Shown: positions 20,736 to 34,420, counted from the stretch's first letter. The stretch is 36,650 nt of DNA from Octopus sinensis (GCF_006345805.1 NW_021824683.1:1-36650); one strand, 5' to 3'. Notes: a model not told the origin generated them from the letters alone. Made by a program: numbers and translations.

Positions 20736-22109
20736 GTATGTATGTATGTATGTATGTATGTATGTATGTATGTATGTATTAGCGGCGGCTCGTAGATAAA
20801 ATTAGTGGGGGGTGCTGCTTCAAAAAATTCTTAGCCGTTGTTTTAATGTTGTTTTAATATTTTAGCCACTGCCGGGTAGTGTGTCTAATTTGTTCACTGA
20901 ACACCGCTGCGAATTTCCCCTTGTTTTTCAAAAAACTCCCACCCAAATCACAAAATAAGGGGGGGAGAGTTGCTCCATTTTTCAAATCCTGGCAGCAACA
21001 CTGTAGCTGGAAGCAGGATAATAATCTAATTCTTTACTTTATCACATTCAAGAATATAAACACGTTTTTAAGCATAACACATGCGGAGTCACAAAGAAGC
21101 ACTATCTTTCACCAGCACACCAGGGTCGGCAGTGAGTAAACCACAGTGTTCTTTCTCCCTAGCGTGCAGCTTCCTATCTCGAACATGTGAGCATGTGCAC
21201 AACATCCAAACACTGCGTCGCTGGAACAGGGAAACGCAGTTCTATACAAGGATTTTTGAATTTTTTCTTTTTTTTTTTCATAAACTAGGGGATGGCTACT
21301 GACATTAAGTTTAAGGATCATATAATGTACAGACATAAAGAAAGAATTAAAGAAAAAAGGACTCGTTATATTGAAAATTATCGATAATATCGACTGGAAA
21401 TAGGGGGTGCTGCAGTTCCGAAGTGACTATACTCGAGCTACTACTAGTATGCATGTATGTATGCATGCATGCAGCAAGTACGCATGTATGTATGTATGCA
21501 TGTGTGTATGTATGCATGTGTGTATGTGGATGGATGGATGGATGGATGGATGGATGGATGGGCGTGTTCATCATTTTCGTATGCCATTCTTTCTTTCCTT
21601 ACGAAGGGGACGTAGACAATCAAACAAAATAAAACTGAAAAAAAACATTATAGATGTTTGAAATTCATTTTTTTATTATTTTTTTTTCTAACAACCGGGA
21701 ATGATTTGACCATAAATATTCACTTTAACCCATCCCCTTCTCGACATCTTACGGTGACACACCATCTGCATCTTCTGCATTTTTGCTGCAATTTTCATTT
21801 AGCTATTTATTTTCCTTTTATCCTTCTATCCCTTTATATGCCTGAGTATCTATCTGACTCTTTCTCTCTGTCTCTCTATGTCTAAATTGCTCATTCTTCC
21901 CTCCGTCTATCTATCAGTCTATTTATCTATCTATCTATTTATCTATCTATCTATATATCTATCTATCTATCTATCTTTCTGGCTTGCTCGATCTTCCTAT
22001 TTGTCAGTCCGTCTCTCCCCCTATCTAACTATCTGTCTGACTGTCTATTTCTATCTATCTATCTGTCTTTTTATTTTTATCTGCCTGCCTATCTATATGT
22101 GTATATATT

Positions 22110-22399
22110 CTTTTATTCTTTTATTTGTGTCAGTCATTTGACTGCGGCCATGCTGTAGCACCACCTTAAAGAGTTTTTAATCAAAGAAATCGATCCAGGA
22201 CTTATTCTTTTTAAGCTTAGTACTTATTCTATCGGACTCTTTTGCCGAACCGTTAGGTTACGGCGGTGTAAACACAGCACCATCGGTTGTCAAGCGACGT
22301 GGGTGGACAAACAGACACAAAGACACTCACACACATAAATATATACATATACAACGGGTATCTTTCATTTTCCGTCTACCAAATCCACACACACAAGGC
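22110..22399 (-). mobile_element. SINE family A copy, 5'-truncated
   Basis: Reverse complement matches the body and tail of 1402-1812. Confidence 0.8.
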
Positions 22400-24099
22400 A
22401 ATAATACTTAATCATTCTAAATAAGTTCTGACAGATTTGAACGTGCTAATTTCTATTGTATTTCGTCATCGGAGAACAGCTTCTCTTTTCAGACGGTTAT
22501 GCGTTCATAACACATTCGACATGGGACACCTCTGTTTCGACAACGTTTTGTCTCTTCAGTTATAGTTTTCCCGGACTATGAAACTAACAAAAGTTTGTAG
22601 CTCTTTTTTATAAGTTAAGCAAGCAAATTATTTTCTGATGCTTGCCAACCGATAATAAATCGTGACCAGCGAGAAACGGAACGATGATTTATATATTTTT
22701 CTTTACTTAATTCACGTTCGAATCTGCCGGAAAGTATGAAGTATTTGTGTGACATCGTTCTTATTCTCGCTAATGAACATGATTTATCATACTGTTATGT
22801 TTTACATAGATGCATTTTCATCGGATCTTTTTAAAAATTCTCCTACTGACAGAATTTTTTCAAATCTTCTATACTGATGTAGCTTTGAATGTTGGTGAAG
22901 AAAACCCCATGCATTTTCTATATAAATTAATAACAAAAAGTTACAAGTCCTTAAAGTTTGAAATTTTAGTCAACTTAGAGACTCCATTGACAACATACCA
23001 GAAGTTGTATTTTCTACGCATTGACGAGAAGATTAAAAAATTTTGAATCGTTGAAAGAATTCTTTTTTTTTTTTAAATAAAAAGATTTTAATGAACGGAA
23101 ACGAAAAAATAACTCGGTATAATGAAATAAAGCCTTCTAAATCTATAGGTTCCTTTGTATTCTTGGAAGGTATCATGCCTTATACAATCTCCTTTCATCA
23201 AAGATACTCGCTATATTTCTTGAAACAACTTTTGAGGATTTTATCGCTACGTATATCATACTGTAACCGATGGACGGTTGCTAAAAATCGATCTTTTATT
23301 TCTAGTTCTCTTTGCAATGTTCTGTTCATTCCTTATGGCACAGATGGGTTGCAAATTGGACAAAATATAACAGATAAAATAAAAATGACATAGAGACAGC
23401 AAACAGATAACATCGCTCGATATGGCATGTTTATCTGCAAGAGTATATGTAGTTTGGTAGCTAGATGTTTTTCCTCTCTTTTTCTATCCATCTCTCCCTC
23501 TCTCTCCATCTATCTACTTACCTATCTATCTTTCTTTTCCACTGTCAATTTATTCATCTTTATATATATATATATATATATGCATATCATAGATACATGT
23601 ATGTACATATATATGCATGTTTGTATGTATGTATCTATGTATATGCACGCGTGCATAAATAAATACAAATATATACACACATTTATAATGTGTGTGTGTA
23701 TTTATTTATATATATATATATATGTATGTATGTATATTTGTATGTATGTATGTATGTATGTATGTATGTATGTGTGTGTGTATGTATGTATATACGATTC
23801 AATTGTCTCCAGTGGATACAGCTGGTCACTTCCGGTGACATCTGATTTACTGACGTCATTAATTATGGTTCCTTGCTTGTTTTGTTTCATTTTCTTACGT
23901 CCTTTTTATTTCTTCATTCTGCATACCCAGCCCATACCTCCCTCATTTTCTCCCTCCCTCCCTCTCGCTCTCTCACTCACTCTGTATGTCTCAGTCTCTC
24001 CCTCTCTCTCTCTCTCCTTTTCTTCCCTCATTCTTTCTCTTTTACAGGTCAGCATTGGTTTACTGACAAACACTTCTTGGGCTGCTAAATAAACGGCAT

Positions 24100-24409
24100 T
24101 CTATGACGAGATTTATGATGTTGGCAGCAGTGGTCGTATTGATGGTGGTGGCGGTGGTGGTGCTGGTACGGTGGTGATAATGATAGTAGTGGAGGAGGAA
24201 GAGATGGTGATGGTGGTGGTGATAATGGTAGTAGTGGTGGTGGTGGTGTGGTGATTGTGGTGTTTGTGGCTGCAGCGGCGGTGGTGGCGATTATTGTAAT
24301 ACTATTCCTCCCCAAGTTGGGACTGTAATAATAGTGGCGTGTCGTTGGTGGAGGTAATAAGGTAATACCGATGGTTTTTGTGTGTATGTGTGTGCATTAA
24401 GTGTGCATA

Positions 24410-24445
<36 letters not shown>

Positions 24446-24570
24446 TGTGTGTGTGTGTGTGTGTGTAGCTGGCTAATGGACGTCGATGATGGTAGTTGTA
24501 ATAATGAAGATGATGATGTGGTACGACGGCGGTGGTGATGGTGGTGGTGGTGGTGGTGGTGGTGGTGAAA
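24100..24570. repeat. (GGT/GAT/AGT)n low-complexity tract with (GA)n(GT)n
   Basis: Direct reading of the tandem units. Source of the poly-T/P/H/V ORFs. Confidence 0.85.
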
Positions 24571-24586
24571 GTGACACTAATAATCC

Positions 24587-24807
24587 TTTCTACTGTAGGC
24601 ACAAAGCCTGAAATTTTGTGGTGGTGGGGACTAGCTGATTACACCAACCCCTCACCCCTCAGTGTACTCAACTGGTACTTATTTTATCAACCCCACAAAA
24701 GGATGAAAGACAAAGTCAACCTCGGTGGAATATGAACTCAGAACATTAAGACGGACGAAATGCCGCTAAATATTTTGTCCGATACGCAAACGATTCTACC
24801 AGTTCGC
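24587..24807 (-). mobile_element. SINE family B-related copy with short tail, diverged
   Basis: AACTGGTACTTATTTTATC...GGATGAAAGACAAAGTCAACCTCGG...GAACTCAGAAC matches family B. The tail matches the 8298/8763 type. Confidence 0.75.
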
Positions 24808-25220
24808 AATGATTGTGGTTTGAGACGATAGTTTTGGTAGCACTGGTAAAAATGGTAGCTAGGCAGTGGTAAAAACTAGTAGCGGTGGACGTAGCGATGG
24901 TTAGAGTAGAAGTGATTGCAGTGATAGAAGCATTGAGTACGGTGATGATAATGGTATTTGTGGTAACCATGGTGGGTGCGAACGTGGATGCATGTTTTTC
25001 GTGTTTGGTTTTATTTATCTATTATTATTTGTGATAAGTGATAGGCAGAAATTTTACCAGTAGGTGGTTGGTTTGTTCGTTCGTTCGTTCGTTTGTTCGT
25101 TCGTTGTTCGTGGAACAACATAGAGACGCTCTCGACGGCTCGTGCAATCCTCTTACTGGCTTGTAGCATGGTTTAGCCCAACGAGGAAGGGCACTGTTAA
25201 TGATTTCGTTTTATACAGGA

Positions 25221-25615
25221 CTAGCAGTATCGCCCGGCGTTGCTCGGGTTTGTAAGGGAAATAACTATATAAGCATTTTTAGAGAGTTATAGCCAAAAAA
25301 TAGCAAAAAATGCATTAAAAATTGAAAAAAAATTAAGGTAAATTTTTTTTTTAAATCGTTGACACATCGTAGATATTTTTAGAGAGTTACTTCCCTTATA
25401 TAAAAGCGAAAAAATGCATTAAAATGGAAAAATATGATGGTAATTTTTTTTTTAATCGTAGACTCATCGTAGACGCACGCTAATACCCAGAAGGGCTCGA
25501 TATGAATCACGACTATAAGATACCCGCTTTTGGTTAAACTGCACCGCAAAATGTGGGAGTAGTTAGGAATCTAAATCGTAGGAGACAGACACACAACTTC
25601 ACTCTTATATAAAGA
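25221..25615 (-). mobile_element. Non-autonomous Helitron (~395 bp)
   Basis: On the minus strand: A|TCTTTATATAAGAGTGAAG ... CCCGAGCAACGCCGGGCGATACTGCTAG|T. Paralog of 10743-11135. Confidence 0.9.
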
Positions 25616-25940
25616 TGCTTTTTTTTTTCAGTCATAGAGTTAGATTTATGAAGGTCTTCAGTAGAAAATCCTTCGAATTCTGACTCGCTGCTTGATATAA
25701 TGAAATTCGTATCCATTTTTTGTCAGAATTACAAATTTTGAAAACACAATAGGAACAAATTTCGGAAAAAAATCTCCCATAATTCACGGAATTAAAATTA
25801 CACTTCGTTTTTGTACAAAACTGTAGTTGAAGTGTTTACGAAGTATAATACGTGTTTTCACGAATGTACTAAAGAGATTTGCTCTGATATTCTCATTTAA
25901 ATATGAATAGGTAAATTCGGGCGGCTTGGTAACGAAAGGG
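25616..25940 (-). mobile_element. piggyBac-like 5' terminal fragment
   Basis: Minus strand TTAA|CCCTTTCGTTACCAAGCC. Followed by ORF start MDTNFIISSSESEFEGFSTEDL (acidic N-terminus typical of piggyBac transposases), which is cut at the Helitron junction. Confidence 0.6.
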
Positions 25941-26304
25941 TTAAACGGATGCATACATTTATTAATCTCTTATTATAATAACTATATATAAGTGTCGTCT
26001 GTTTATACATAAACACTGTTTCATACTGCAATTATATATACATATATCTATATATAATATTATATAATAAAATATATACAGAGTAAAATAAAAACCAATT
26101 TACCTTTTCTGTCCGTCCGTGTGTCTTTGCAAATGTGTTGGAATGATAAGTGAGTTGTGTTTTGGCGCCTTTTTTACTAATAACAAACACACACGTGTTT
26201 CTATGTAGTTGTATGTGTATGTAGTTGTATATGTATGTGTATGCGTGTGTGTGAGGAATGACACACACACACTCACGCACGCACACATGTACATCAATGC
26301 TTTC

Positions 26305-26823
26305 GGAGTGATATGTTAAAATATTGAGTTTTCTCGAATTTTGTCTTAATTGGTGGTAAAATTGAAAGAAATTTTTTATGGCATCACCCACTGAAGTACT
26401 CTGAAAAATCTTAGGTAAACTCTAATTGAAGAAATTGTGTGAGGAGTAAATCGTTATGTATTTATTTGTTTCTGTTTGCTGTGTTTCTTTATTTTTTGAG
26501 TAGTGGTTTAAATACTTTCAGTTTAGTCTTCCTCAAATCACTCTGTCGCTATTTACTTTCATTTTATTCGTTGCACACTGTGTGTGTGCGTTTGCGTGTG
26601 CTGTAAACCAGACTAAGAAAAGCATTTGACATACACACCAGAATGTGAGTTTTCTGTAAATTTTGCTTAATTGGAGTTTAAATTTTAAAAACTGGACCTG
26701 GCATGACCCGATGCATTGTACTCTTAAAAATGCTAGGTAAATTGTAATTGAAGAAATCCTATATTGTAGATTTATATAACTCCCAAAGGGAGGCAGATAA
26801 AATCTGCCTTTTATAATAAGAGA
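26305..26823 (-). mobile_element. 5' fragment of the autonomous Helitron family
   Basis: Starts A|TCTCTTATTATAAAAGGCAG and matches 12547-~13020 with scattered substitutions and indels. No own 3' end seen. Confidence 0.85.
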
Positions 26824-28842
26824 TGTATTACTTTTGATGATTGATCAGCTAATATTGAAATAGTCAATTCATCGTTCTTTCTAGTGATATAGAAAGAATA
26901 ACTAAAACTACATGGATAAAACAATAATATTCCTTATTTCTTCATTTCTAAAGATGGATCTATGAGTGAGCAATTTTTAAACCTGCCTTCGCTCATACCA
27001 ATATAATATGTCATTATTTCTATGCTACTCAACTGAGATTTTTATCTTCGCTTTTTAAATATTGTTTTAACTGAGCATTTCTCCTGCTATTACATTTATC
27101 TTCCCCGGTAGTATTAGGCCACGTCTTTCCGAAATTCATCATTATCATGCTGCCGATATTTTCCGACGTTATTTTTGTTAAACATTTGTTGCATTTATGA
27201 CTCTCTGAAAAATATTTCTTTTAATTTAGGCGAAGAAATTTCTCCCTACTTTTCATTTTTACAGTAAGGTGCTTTGTATAATATTGCGTTTTCTGTGTAT
27301 ATTTGCTGTAAGTGTTTGGGTTAGAGTGATCCTCTACACCCTCTTTTAAACTGCTTCTTTACACTCACTTTTCCAATGCATTGAGATAACTACGTTTTAC
27401 TGTATATTGTCTTATATGAAGTTACTACCCTTTCCTCGTTTGACTAAACTGTACAACGAGCCAACGTGAGGATTGCACAAGCCGTCGATGGTGTCTCTAT
27501 GTTGATTCACGACCTGGTAGCTGTGTCTAATCAGAACTGAACTGGGGTTAAAATAACAGTACCAACTAACCAACCAACCAACTATTGGTGAAATTTCTGC
27601 CTATCACTTATAACTTAGTACATGACATATCGTATATTAGATATTCTACTTATATTGCGAACTTTTTTTAATATGAGAGCACGGTTAGAGTTATTAACTA
27701 TAGACATAATCTTGCTCGACTTTGTTTATGCAAAGGATAATGATTTTGCAGTATCCCAAACAGTCTTACATTAGATAAATATAGGAAAGATTTCCAAAAA
27801 TTCATCCTTAACAGTCGCTCCCAATATAAGGCTAGTTAACTTATTATACATAATATTTAGACCAAACAATCTGTAACCTCGAAGCATTAAATCACCTGTC
27901 GAGAAATAATGCGGTTGGAACGTTATATCTTGATTCTAAAGAACGTTAGTAGCAGGAATGAGCGAGGGAAGGGGAGGAAGAAAGAGAAACGATTTTTTGA
28001 GATATACTGAGGGTGTTGAAAATCAGCTTAGAGAACTTCCAGACAATTTCAGTTCACGGATGTGGACAATTTTCAAAGACCCAACATCCATTTGGTTTTT
28101 TACAAGTACCAATCGAAACGGAAATTGAGCAAAGAAGGTGCTTCTCCATGGCAAGTTCTCTGAAAAAATGGATCCGAATGGTTTATGTAACTGGATGAGC
28201 AATGAGTACGCCCACTACCCATAGGTAGTGGGCGTACTTTGGGGAAGCACTCTAAGTCTTGTGAAGGGTTTAGTTCTTTTACCTAGATGGAAGACCCTGC
28301 TTTGACACACACACACACCACACACACACACACACACACACTCGTACACACTCCCAATCGCTCAAATATATTCAACTTTAGCCTATTTACACTGCATGCA
28401 TGTACTTCTTGATTTAGGCAGAACAATAATTAGAGGTAATTTGAAATTACAACTTGGACATTTAGATGGTGTGTTGGTGCCACCTCATGCCTTTAAAAGA
28501 AATTTTGTTCTTCAAGAACTTTTGCAGTGAATGTTAATGAATATTATATACATTTGTAGCGTTGGCACTGAATGTTGTAAATGCGTAACTTTTGTATACA
28601 CTAAACATGCTGTCCCTAGACACCCTTCACAAAATGTATGTAACTTGTTTGCAAGATTATGTAGCCATGAGTAAATATACATATATATATTCGTAGTTTT
28701 GAATATATATATCAATGTACAACATTTGTAAACTTAGGTAGAGTATTCAATATAGAAAATAACACTGTATAATAACGAGTGAATCATTAATTACAACATA
28801 TTGTACATATTAAAAGTTATCAAGTTTGTATAATATTTGGGA

Positions 28843-28970
28843 AAATCTACCACTCACAAGGCTTTGGTCGGCCCGAGGCTATAGCAGAAGACACCTGCCC
28901 AAGGTGCAACGCAGTGGGACTGAACCCGGAACCATGTAGTTCGTAAGCAAGCTACTTACCACACAGCCAC
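28843..28970 (-). mobile_element. SINE family A 5' portion
   Basis: Reverse complement of the head (GTGGCTGTGTGGTAAGTAGCTTGC...GGGTTCAGTCCCACTGC). Confidence 0.85.
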
Positions 28971-29559
28971 ATCAATTTTATCAGTGTATCTAGCTTTAGC
29001 TAAAGCAGTGTTGTAGTAATCGACATTTTGAAAAAATAGTTCCTCATTGGCGGAGAGTTTACATATTCACAGCACAAGGATGATCAGAATTTCAATGCAA
29101 AAATTTTAGATATGCATTGCTCGAGGATTACAGAATTTCGATTAATGTCATGTAAATTTTCATTAGGTCGGTGGCCACAGATATTCCTGCAAATTTCTTC
29201 CCAGTGCTGGAAAAGCACTTTCCCTTGTAGTAAATATCATAAAATATCTTAATAGGTCCCAAATAAATTTTGCTAACTGCTCTTTATATATGTAATGATA
29301 TAACTATCCCGTTTGTTATTGAAATGATCGTTACTGGATAATAAATTGATACCAATATATTCGTTCCTTTATTTGTTTTATGTTATACTTTGCGACTAAT
29401 GAACATTGCTTGGATTTCAGTTTCTGTGGAATGACGTGTTCTGCACCACCGGGTCCAGCAACTGGAGCCATGAGCTTGCGACTGTGTGCAACACCTTAAC
29501 CACTAGACCATGTGCGGTTACGCACACACATATATTCAGAAATATATATATATGTACGT

Positions 29560-29577
29560 ATATATAAATATAAATAC

Positions 29578-29630
<53 letters not shown>

Positions 29631-30274
29631 TGTATATATATATATATACACATTATATACATATATGTATATATGATTATATATATATATATACACATTA
29701 TTTACATATATGTATATATGATTATATATATATCCATATGTATAATATATATATATATGTCTGTGTATATATATCCATTATATACATATATGTATATACG
29801 ATGCCATATATATATACATATGCATAATATATATACATGTATATATGCATATATATATATATATACACACACGTATACATATATGTATATATACCCACAC
29901 ATACACACACACACTTATATCTATATATATACATATACATATATATACACACACACATATATACGTATATGCATATGCATATATACACACAACACACACA
30001 TATATATATACATTATATATATGTATACATGATAATATATATATATGTATAATATATATATGTCTGTATATATATACATATATATTTATTTATTTATTTA
30101 TATATATACATTATATACATAATACGTATATATGATTATATATATATATACATATGTATAATATATATATATACATATGTCTGTATAAATATATATTTAT
30201 TTATTTATACATAAATATATATATATTAATCAAATTTTTTTGATTAATATAATATGCACGCACGCAATATATGT

Positions 30275-30350
<76 letters not shown>
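29560..30350. repeat. Compound (TA)/(TG)/(CA) microsatellite tract
   Basis: Direct reading of the tandem units. Confidence 0.9.
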
Positions 30351-30353
<3 letters not shown>

Positions 30354-30683
30354 CTGTGTATATTTATATTAATCAAAGGAATTCCAGCTTTGTCTGATTT
30401 TCACGTTTTATTTGTAATCTCATAATAAGATAATGTAATATAATGAAATGATAGAATATTAAATATCAACACATTCACGTATGCACCTTTGAGTAACCAT
30501 CTAACAACATGTGGTCGGAAAATATTTATAATATTTCCATCACACAAAATACACAGTCCAAGTGAAATCGAAAGAAAAATCAGAGAAAAGAACTGAAATG
30601 ATAAATCCCAGCCCAAACTAAATAAACAATAATAATAACACTTAGAAGGTATTTTTTCTACTACTACAACCACTACCACTACA

Positions 30684-31082
30684 ATGGATGGAATGGATGG
30701 AAGCACTCCGTCGGTTACGACGACGAGGGTTCCGGTTGATCCGAATCAACGGAACAGCCTGTTCGTGAAATTAACGTGTACGTGGCTGAGCACTCCACAG
30801 ACACGTGTACCCTTAACGTAGATATCTCGGGGATATTCAGCGTGACACAGAGAGTGACAAGGCCGGCCCTTTGAAATACAGGTACAACAGAAACAGGAAG
30901 TAAGAGTGAGAGAAAGTTGTGGTGAAAGAGTACAGCAGGGATCACCACCATCCCTGCCGGAGCCTCGTGGAGCTTTAGGTGTTTTCGCTCAATAAACACT
31001 CACAACGCCCGGTCTGGGAATCGAAACCGCGATCCTATGACCGCGAGTCCGCTGCCCTAACCACTGGGCCATTGCGCCTCCA
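30684..31082 (-). mobile_element. tRNA-derived SINE family D, tail type 2
   Basis: Same head and body as 3312-3488, but a different ~215 bp 3' segment ending in (CCATCCATT)-like repeats on the minus strand. Confidence 0.85.
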
Positions 31083-31699
31083 CCACTACACTACTAAACA
31101 CAAGAATACTAAAACTTTTCATGATGCCGATAGCAGAAAAATACTAGATAAGTTAAGAGAAAAGTCAGTTAAAATAATCTTAATTTGGGTTTAAAGTTCT
31201 ATTACCACAGCTACTCTTACCACCACCAGCGACAACAATAATAAAGGTGATGATAATTGTTATGGTAATTGAAATGTAAAAATCTCTAGGAAATGTCTAC
31301 AACATTTCTAAAATATAGCTAAACAACTACTGCTTAGGCCAGGGTCAAAATACAGGTCTCTTGATACATTCAACAAACCGTGATGCTTAAGCCAAACACC
31401 AATCAACTTTAGTAATTGAGTGAAGCCACATACTGACTGGTCAGAATACAGTTTGCAAAACTTAACATGTATTTAAGGCACACATTTTAGCCATTTCTCA
31501 CTTGTAAAACATAACTGTCACCACTAATACATGAACCTGAAGATTGCATAGTTTAATGCATGAAAGTACTAGTTCAATCAGAATGGACATTTAATATTCT
31601 ATCATTTCATTATATTATATTATAATTTATTATATTATTTTAAGATTGAAAACAAAACGTGAAAATCAAAATTCAAATTCCTTTGATTGATATGTTCTT

Positions 31700-31727
31700 C
31701 TATATACATACACATCCGTATATTTAT

Positions 31728-31784
<57 letters not shown>

Positions 31785-32008
31785 CATTATATACATCTAC
31801 GTATGTATGATTTTATATAATATATATATATACATACATACATGCATACATAGGTATGATTTTATATATAATATATATATACATACATACATACATACAT
31901 ACATGCATACATAGGTATGATTTTATATATAATATATATATACATACATACATGCATACATAGATGCCTACATACATACATACATGCATACATAGATGCC
32001 TACATACA

Positions 32009-32040
<32 letters not shown>

Positions 32041-32215
32041 CTACCATTGTTAGGGAATGGGGTCAACACAGTGATACTGTGTTCTAATCCACTATTTTTT
32101 ATCAAAAGGAAGGGTTCTTCTGTCTCGGACTAGAAAAGAAATCAATACTTTCTTATTGTTTTTATAGGTCATCGTCATTTTTGAAAGAGACGTTGTTTTT
32201 CATTTTCACAAGATG

Positions 32216-32296
<81 letters not shown>

Positions 32297-32620
32297 GGTG
32301 CATATATATATACATGTATGTATCAATACATATTTTCACTTATATATGTGTTTATATATATATATATATATATATATTATACATACATATGTATGCATGT
32401 ATGCATTTATCTAACCATATATATATATATTATATATATATATATATATATACATATGTATATACACATGAATATGTATGTATATATATATGTGTATATA
32501 AATAAACACACACACACACACACACCATATATATATATATACATATATGCATATACATATATATATACATACATATATGCATATACATATATATATACAT
32601 ACATATATATATGCATATAC

Positions 32621-32652
<32 letters not shown>

Positions 32653-32660
32653 GCATATAC

Positions 32661-32692
<32 letters not shown>

Positions 32693-32739
32693 GCATATAC
32701 ATATATATATACATATATGCATATACATATATATACATA

Positions 32740-32799
<60 letters not shown>

Positions 32800-33000
32800 T
32801 ATATACACATATATATATACATATGTATATATACATATATATATACATATATATATATATACATATATATATACATATATATATATACACACATACATAC
32901 ATACAAACATATATATATATACATTCATATACATTTATAAATACAATTTCACCGACGCAAACAAACACACACAATTACACACACATACACACATATAACA
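31700..33000. repeat. Compound (TA)/(TACA)/(CT) microsatellite region with a short unique island
   Basis: Direct reading of the tandem units; (CT)n at ~32217-32295. Confidence 0.85.
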
Positions 33001-33468
33001 CTACAAACATTTATTTCATCGTAATATTTTCTTTCATTTTTATCTACACATACTCACACACAAACTCCCCCCACACACACACACACACATAACTCCCACC
33101 ACCACACGCATTACTTTCGAAGTACAAAAAAAAAACAAAAAAAAACAACAACAGCAGTAGCACCAGCAAAATAATTCCATACCCGGACCAGAAGCCCCAC
33201 CAACATACTCGGCTTAGCAATTGATATATAGAAAACGATGATATATTTCTGCTGTCCATTACTTCAATTTTTTTTTTATTATTATTTCGTTTCACTTGGT
33301 ATCTTATATTTATTCGCGTTCTTGGATGGAAAGAGGAATAACAGGAGCTGGGGAGTGTGGAGGCATTTATGTGGCATCTCATTCTTTTGTTGGTTTCCTT
33401 CTGTCAATCCGCACACTCACCCGCCAAATAAAAAAAAACACACACACACAAATCATAGGAAAATGTTC

Positions 33469-33564
33469 GCGTACGAGTTTGTGTATAGTTTGTGTATATG
33501 GCGTACGAGTTTGTGTATAGTTTGTGTATATGGCGTACGAGTTTGTGTATAGTTCGTGTATATG
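33469..33564 (+). repeat. 32-bp minisatellite x3
   Basis: GCGTACGAGTTTGTGTATAGTTTGTGTATATG at 33469, 33501 and 33533. Confidence 0.9.
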
Positions 33565-33579
33565 GATGTTTCTAATTAT

Positions 33580-33712
33580 TCAAGTGTGTATACATGTATA
33601 TGTATATATGCGTGTATGTGTGTGTGCATACATGTATACTGTGTGTATATATATGTACATATTGTATATTTTTATATATATATTATATATATTATATATA
33701 TAATGTATATAT

Positions 33713-33763
<51 letters not shown>

Positions 33764-33864
33764 TAAGTGTGTGTGTGGGTATATATACATATATGTATAC
33801 GTATATATATGTGTGTGTATATATTTATATACACATATATACATACATATTCATGTGTATATAC

Positions 33865-33926
<62 letters not shown>

Positions 33927-34357
33927 GCGTATGTATGTACATTTGTAAGTATGTATCTATTTATGCATGTATGTATGAGTGGATGGATAAATTGATGGCT
34001 AGATGTATATGTGTTGATGCATATATGTATATAAGCTTATGTATATACGCGTGTACATATATATGTATATATGTAAGTATATGTGCGTGTATGTGTACGC
34101 CTGTATGCACATGTGTGTGTATAAATGTATTTATGTATTTGCGTGTGTGTTTGTGTGTGTGTGTACATGTATGTACATACTGGACGAGAGGATATTCGGA
34201 AACATTAAAAAAATAATAACAAACACACAAACACGCGCGCGTACATTCACACATTTACATGCACGGAGGAAGATATATGGCATATATATTCGTGCATACT
34301 GAAATACATACGCACACACACATACATACATACATACATACATACATACATACATAA

Positions 34358-34406
<49 letters not shown>

Positions 34407-34420
34407 CAGGCACACACATA
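33580..34420. repeat. Compound (TA)/(GATA)/(TG)/(TACA) microsatellite region
   Basis: Direct reading of the tandem units. Confidence 0.85.

Noticed and set aside
23091-23393. 100-aa ORF
   Set aside because: No recognisable domain. AT-rich composition, probably within a decayed DNA-element body.
28013-28198. 61-aa ORF in unique sequence
   Set aside because: No homology recognised in any frame and no convincing splice sites.
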